64,000 nt of DNA from an uncultured Nocardioides sp. (lineage in GTDB: Bacteria; Actinomycetota; Actinomycetes; Propionibacteriales; Nocardioidaceae): positions 13,814 through 77,813 of the forward strand of contig CAZKEZ010000001.1 in the NCBI GenBank assembly GCA_964551905.1, in the 5' to 3' direction. The translations under genes and the position numbers were made by a program. Below the pieces are notes generated by a model, which made no database searches, was not told the origin of the DNA, and worked only from the letters and a program-made list of their open reading frames with translations. Below are positions 61,280-64,000 of this stretch, one piece after another (the first letter of the stretch is position 1; each line of letters opens with the position of its first letter).

Positions 61280-61372
61280 TCGGCGAGTGGCTGAGTAGCG
61301 ACCTGTTCGACGTGCTCCCGGAGGGCGTCCCGCCGCTGGACCCTGAGCCCGACGACGAGTGACCGTCACGGT

Positions 61373-61394
61373 TTGTGACCAGAACTTGTGACCA
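61373..61394. repeat. Tandem TTGTGACCA, putative arm-type sites (right)
   Basis: Copies at 61373 and 61386. Confidence 0.75.
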
Positions 61395-61403
61395 AACGGG
61401 AGA

Positions 61404-61440
61404 CAGAGCCCGCCCCAATCGGAAGTAGGGGCGGGCTCTG
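61404..61440. terminator. 13-bp hairpin between convergent int and tRNA-Gln
   Basis: CAGAGCCCGCCCC / GGGGCGGGCTCTG, 11-nt loop. Confidence 0.75.
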
Positions 61441-61474
61441 CCGTCTATGACCTGCACAGACTCTGTGAGGCTTG

Positions 61475-61553
61475 CTCCCCGGGTAGGAGTCGAACCTACG
61501 TCGCTAGTCCTGATTCAAAGTCAGGCGGGCCCTGCCGGCAGACCAACCGGGGA
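61475..61553 (-). tRNA. tRNA-Gln(UUG), atypical D-arm and 9-nt variable region; contains the right att copy
   Basis: TCCCCGG/CCGGGGA acceptor, CCTGA CTTTGAA TCAGG, GTAGG TTCGACT CCTAC; -10 TAGACT at 61569-61564. Confidence 0.88.
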
Positions 61554-61620
61554 TAGGGAAGCGAGTCTAGGTGTAGCGGCGCCGCCCGCCCCATCGCGCG
61601 CCCGCGGTTAGGGTTCATGA

Positions 61621-62736
61621 GTGGACCTGCCCGTGATGCCACCCGTGCAGCCGATGCTCGCCAAGTCCGTGAGCGGCATCCCGGACCCGGCCAAGTACTC
61701 CGTGGGTGAGGTGCCCGGGCTTTCGTTCGAGCCGAAGTGGGACGGCTTCCGGTGCATCGTGTTCCGCGACGGGGACGAGGTGGAGCTCGCGTCCCGCAAC
61801 ACCAAGCCGCTGACCCGCTACTTCCCCGAGATCCTCGCCGCCGTCCGGGAGCAGCTGCCCGAGCGCTGCGTCGTCGACGGCGAGCTCTTCGTGGCGAGTC
61901 GGGGCGAGGGCGGCGACCGCCTTGAGTTCGAGGTGCTGCAGGAACGGCTCCATCCCGCCGCCTCTCGGGTCAACCTCCTCGCCGAGACGACGCCGGCAGG
62001 GTTGGTCGTCTTCGACGTGCTCGCGCTGGGAGCGGAGTCGCTGGTCGACCGCCCGTTCGTCGAGCGCCGGGCCGCCCTGGAGCAGCAGCTCGCCGGGCTC
62101 GACGGCCCCTGTTACCTGACCCGGACCACCACCGACGCCGCTGTGGCAGAGGAGTGGTTCCACCAGTTCGAGGGTGCCGGTCTCGACGGGGTCGTGGCGA
62201 AGCCCCTCGGTGCGCCGTACCGCCAGAACGCCCGCACCATGCTGAAGATCAAGCACGAGCGGACCGCCGACGTGGTGGTGGCCGGCTACCGCGAGCACAA
62301 GACCTCGACACCGGAGAAGCCGCTGCTCGGCTCCCTGCTGCTCGGTCTGTACGCCGACGGGACGCTGCAGCACGTCGGAGTCTCCGCCTCGTTCACCGCC
62401 GCCCGCCGCGCGGAGCTCATCAAGGAGCTGCAGCCGCTGGTGTGCCCGTTCTCCGAGCACCCCTGGGGGGCGTGGGAAGAGTGGGCGATCGCCAACCCCG
62501 ATCGGGTGCCGGGCACCCAGAGCCGCTGGAGCGCCGGCAAGGACCTCAGCTTCACGCCACTGCGGCCGGAGCTGGTGCTCGAGGTCGCCTACGACCACAT
62601 GGAGGGCCGCCGGTTCCGGCACACCGCCCAGTTCCGCCGATGGCGACCGGACCGCGACCCCGAGTCCTGTGGGTACGACCAACTCGAAGAGCCGGCGGGC
62701 TACGACTTGGCTAGGATTTTGAGCATCGGCAGCTGA
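61621..62736 (+). CDS. ligC: ATP-dependent DNA ligase LigC
   Basis: EPKWDGFR, DGEL, FDVL, DGVVAK, KIKH, SRWS-GKDL. Confidence 0.93.
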   Translation: MDLPVMPPVQPMLAKSVSGIPDPAKYSVGEVPGLSFEPKWDGFRCIVFRDGDEVELASRNTKPLTRYFPEILAAVREQLPERCVVDGELFVASRGEGGDRLEFEVLQERLHPAASRVNLLAETTPAGLVVFDVLALGAESLVDRPFVERRAALEQQLAGLDGPCYLTRTTTDAAVAEEWFHQFEGAGLDGVVAKPLGAPYRQNARTMLKIKHERTADVVVAGYREHKTSTPEKPLLGSLLLGLYADGTLQHVGVSASFTAARRAELIKELQPLVCPFSEHPWGAWEEWAIANPDRVPGTQSRWSAGKDLSFTPLRPELVLEVAYDHMEGRRFRHTAQFRRWRPDRDPESCGYDQLEEPAGYDLARILSIGS

Positions 62737-62764
62737 GCGAGTCAGCGGCGGCCGCGGAGAGGAT

Positions 62765-63313
62765 GTGGGCAAAGTGAGCGAGACCTACAACGTGGTGCTG
62801 CTCATCGAGCAGGAGCTGTCGGCCGATGACGCCTCGCGCGTCCACTCCCTGCACGAGGGTCTCGACGAGCCGGTGACCTACCACGTACTGCTGCCCATGG
62901 AGGACGCGGCCGCCAGGATCGAGGCGGCGATGGGCTCCCTCGCGGCGGGTGAGGCGATGGCCTCCCCGGCCATGGTGATGGACGACGTCGACCTCGAGGC
63001 CGTCCAGCGCGACTGTGAAGAGCGGACCGCCGCCGAGCTCGAGAGCACGCTGGAGGCCCTGCGCGCCGCCGGCGCCACGGCGATCGGCACGATCGGGACC
63101 GACCCCCCGATCGACGCGCTGGCCGCCAAGGTCGCGGAGGTCGACGGTCGCGAGGCCCTGATCCTCACCCGGCCGCATGTGGTGGCCGAGTTCTTCCACG
63201 TCGACTGGACCTCGCGTGCGCGCCGCAAGATCGGCGTGCCCGTCCTGCATCTCCTCGAGCACGAGAACTTCGACGAGCAGGGGGGCGCGGGCGAGGGGAT
63301 CACCGGCATCTGA
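62765..63313 (+). CDS. Conserved actinobacterial hypothetical protein (possibly USP-like fold)
   Basis: LTRPHVVAEFFHVDWTSRARRKIGVPVLHL; start 62765 or 62774. Confidence 0.7.
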   Translation: MGKVSETYNVVLLIEQELSADDASRVHSLHEGLDEPVTYHVLLPMEDAAARIEAAMGSLAAGEAMASPAMVMDDVDLEAVQRDCEERTAAELESTLEALRAAGATAIGTIGTDPPIDALAAKVAEVDGREALILTRPHVVAEFFHVDWTSRARRKIGVPVLHLLEHENFDEQGGAGEGITGI

Positions 63314-63339
63314 CCTCGGTCAATAGGCGGGCTCGTCGG

Positions 63340-63864
63340 TCACCGGTCGGGTGCCGAGAGCTCCACGACGATGTCGAGGTGACCCGCATGGCGGGCGTAC
63401 TCCGCCAGCACGTGGAAGCAGATCCACTCCAGGGTCGGCGGGTCCGCGTCGAACCGACCCCCCGGCGCGGCCCGGCTGTCCAGGGAGTGGTGGCGCAGGA
63501 CCCACCGGGTCCGCTCGGCCACCTCGTCCGACCGGGCGGCCAGGGCGGCTGCGGTGACGTCGTCCGGCACCTGCCACCGCGACCGGTCCGCCGTCCAGTC
63601 GCCCCACGGGTCGCCGACCGGCTCCCCGAGGAACCCCCACACGAACCACCGCTGCTCCATGTGCACGATGTGGGAGAGCAGCTCGATCGGCGTCCACCCG
63701 GACGGCAGCAGGGTGTGCCGGCGCTGCTCCTCCGACAGCGCCAGCACGCCGTCGACCACGTCGCCGCGCACCCAGTCCAGGTAGCCGATCCAGCGCTCGG
63801 CCCCCGCCGGCTCGCTCTTGTGGGGCTCGGCCGGGTTCCTCGCGACCCGTCGATCCTCGGTCAC
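63340..63864 (-). CDS. DinB/DUF664 family protein
   Basis: LLSHIVHME-WF, TL-WI-HVLAEYARHAGHLDI. Confidence 0.85.
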   Translation of the reverse strand: MTEDRRVARNPAEPHKSEPAGAERWIGYLDWVRGDVVDGVLALSEEQRRHTLLPSGWTPIELLSHIVHMEQRWFVWGFLGEPVGDPWGDWTADRSRWQVPDDVTAAALAARSDEVAERTRWVLRHHSLDSRAAPGGRFDADPPTLEWICFHVLAEYARHAGHLDIVVELSAPDR

Positions 63865-64000
63865 GTGCCCTCGATCCGGTTGCCGTGCTCGTCCCAGTGG
63901 GCCGCCACCTTCTTGCTGGGCTGCACCCGCGGCGGCTCGCCCGGCATCTTCGGATAGTCGGGCGGATAGGGCATCTCGCCCAGCCCGCTCTCCTCGTAGA
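63861..64000 (-). CDS. C-terminus of LigC-associated primase-polymerase (Prim-PolC/LigD-Pol-like), partial
   Basis: GEMPYPPDYPKMPGEPPRVQPSK; near ligC. Confidence 0.75.
   Translation of the reverse strand, partial: YEESGLGEMPYPPDYPKMPGEPPRVQPSKKVAAHWDEHGNRIEGT

Larger units (their letters stand above)
49396..61522. mobile_element. ~12.1 kb tRNA-Gln-integrated phage-satellite-like element
   Basis: att repeats, tyrosine integrase, excisionase, prim-pol/helicase, terminase genes, defence-type cargo. Confidence 0.93.

Noticed and set aside
49396-61522. Element as AICE/ICE or complete prophage
   Set aside because: No FtsK/TraB, relaxase or RepSA-type gene, and no head, tail or lysis genes recognised
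61621-64000. ligC and prim-polC as part of the mobile element
   Set aside because: Outside the att boundary; a common chromosomal repair pair in actinobacteria

Overview
High-GC actinobacterial chromosome (gene order and style suggest Nocardioidaceae; inference). The conserved backbone is mostly on the minus strand: cbs, GDSL hydrolase, YccA, tRNA-Leu(UAA), udgB, ppx, DUF501, ftsB, eno, mazG, mfd ... pth, rplY, prs, glmU, tRNA-Gln(UUG), then ligC, DinB and prim-polC. Two accessory blocks interrupt it. (1) A ~32 kb surface-polysaccharide region between mfd and pth carries cysQ, four intact sulfotransferases, a degenerate fifth one fused to a PssE-like glycosyltransferase, a Wzx/Wzy/Wzz-type machinery, a kinase, two Tat-exported GH26-like hydrolases and two large PKD proteins. 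This is a candidate sulfated exopolysaccharide system. (2) A 12.1 kb element is integrated in tRNA-Gln and bounded by a 50-bp att direct repeat. It has phage-satellite (PICI-like) organisation: integrase, regulator, excisionase, primase-helicase, iteron origin, small and large terminase, but no recognisable capsid, portal or tail gene. Its cargo is an Mrr nuclease and a ClpP-fold SDH protease, coupled to an unannotated 57-aa peptide that resembles the protease's own C-terminal tail. All calls come from reading motifs by eye; no database searches were run.
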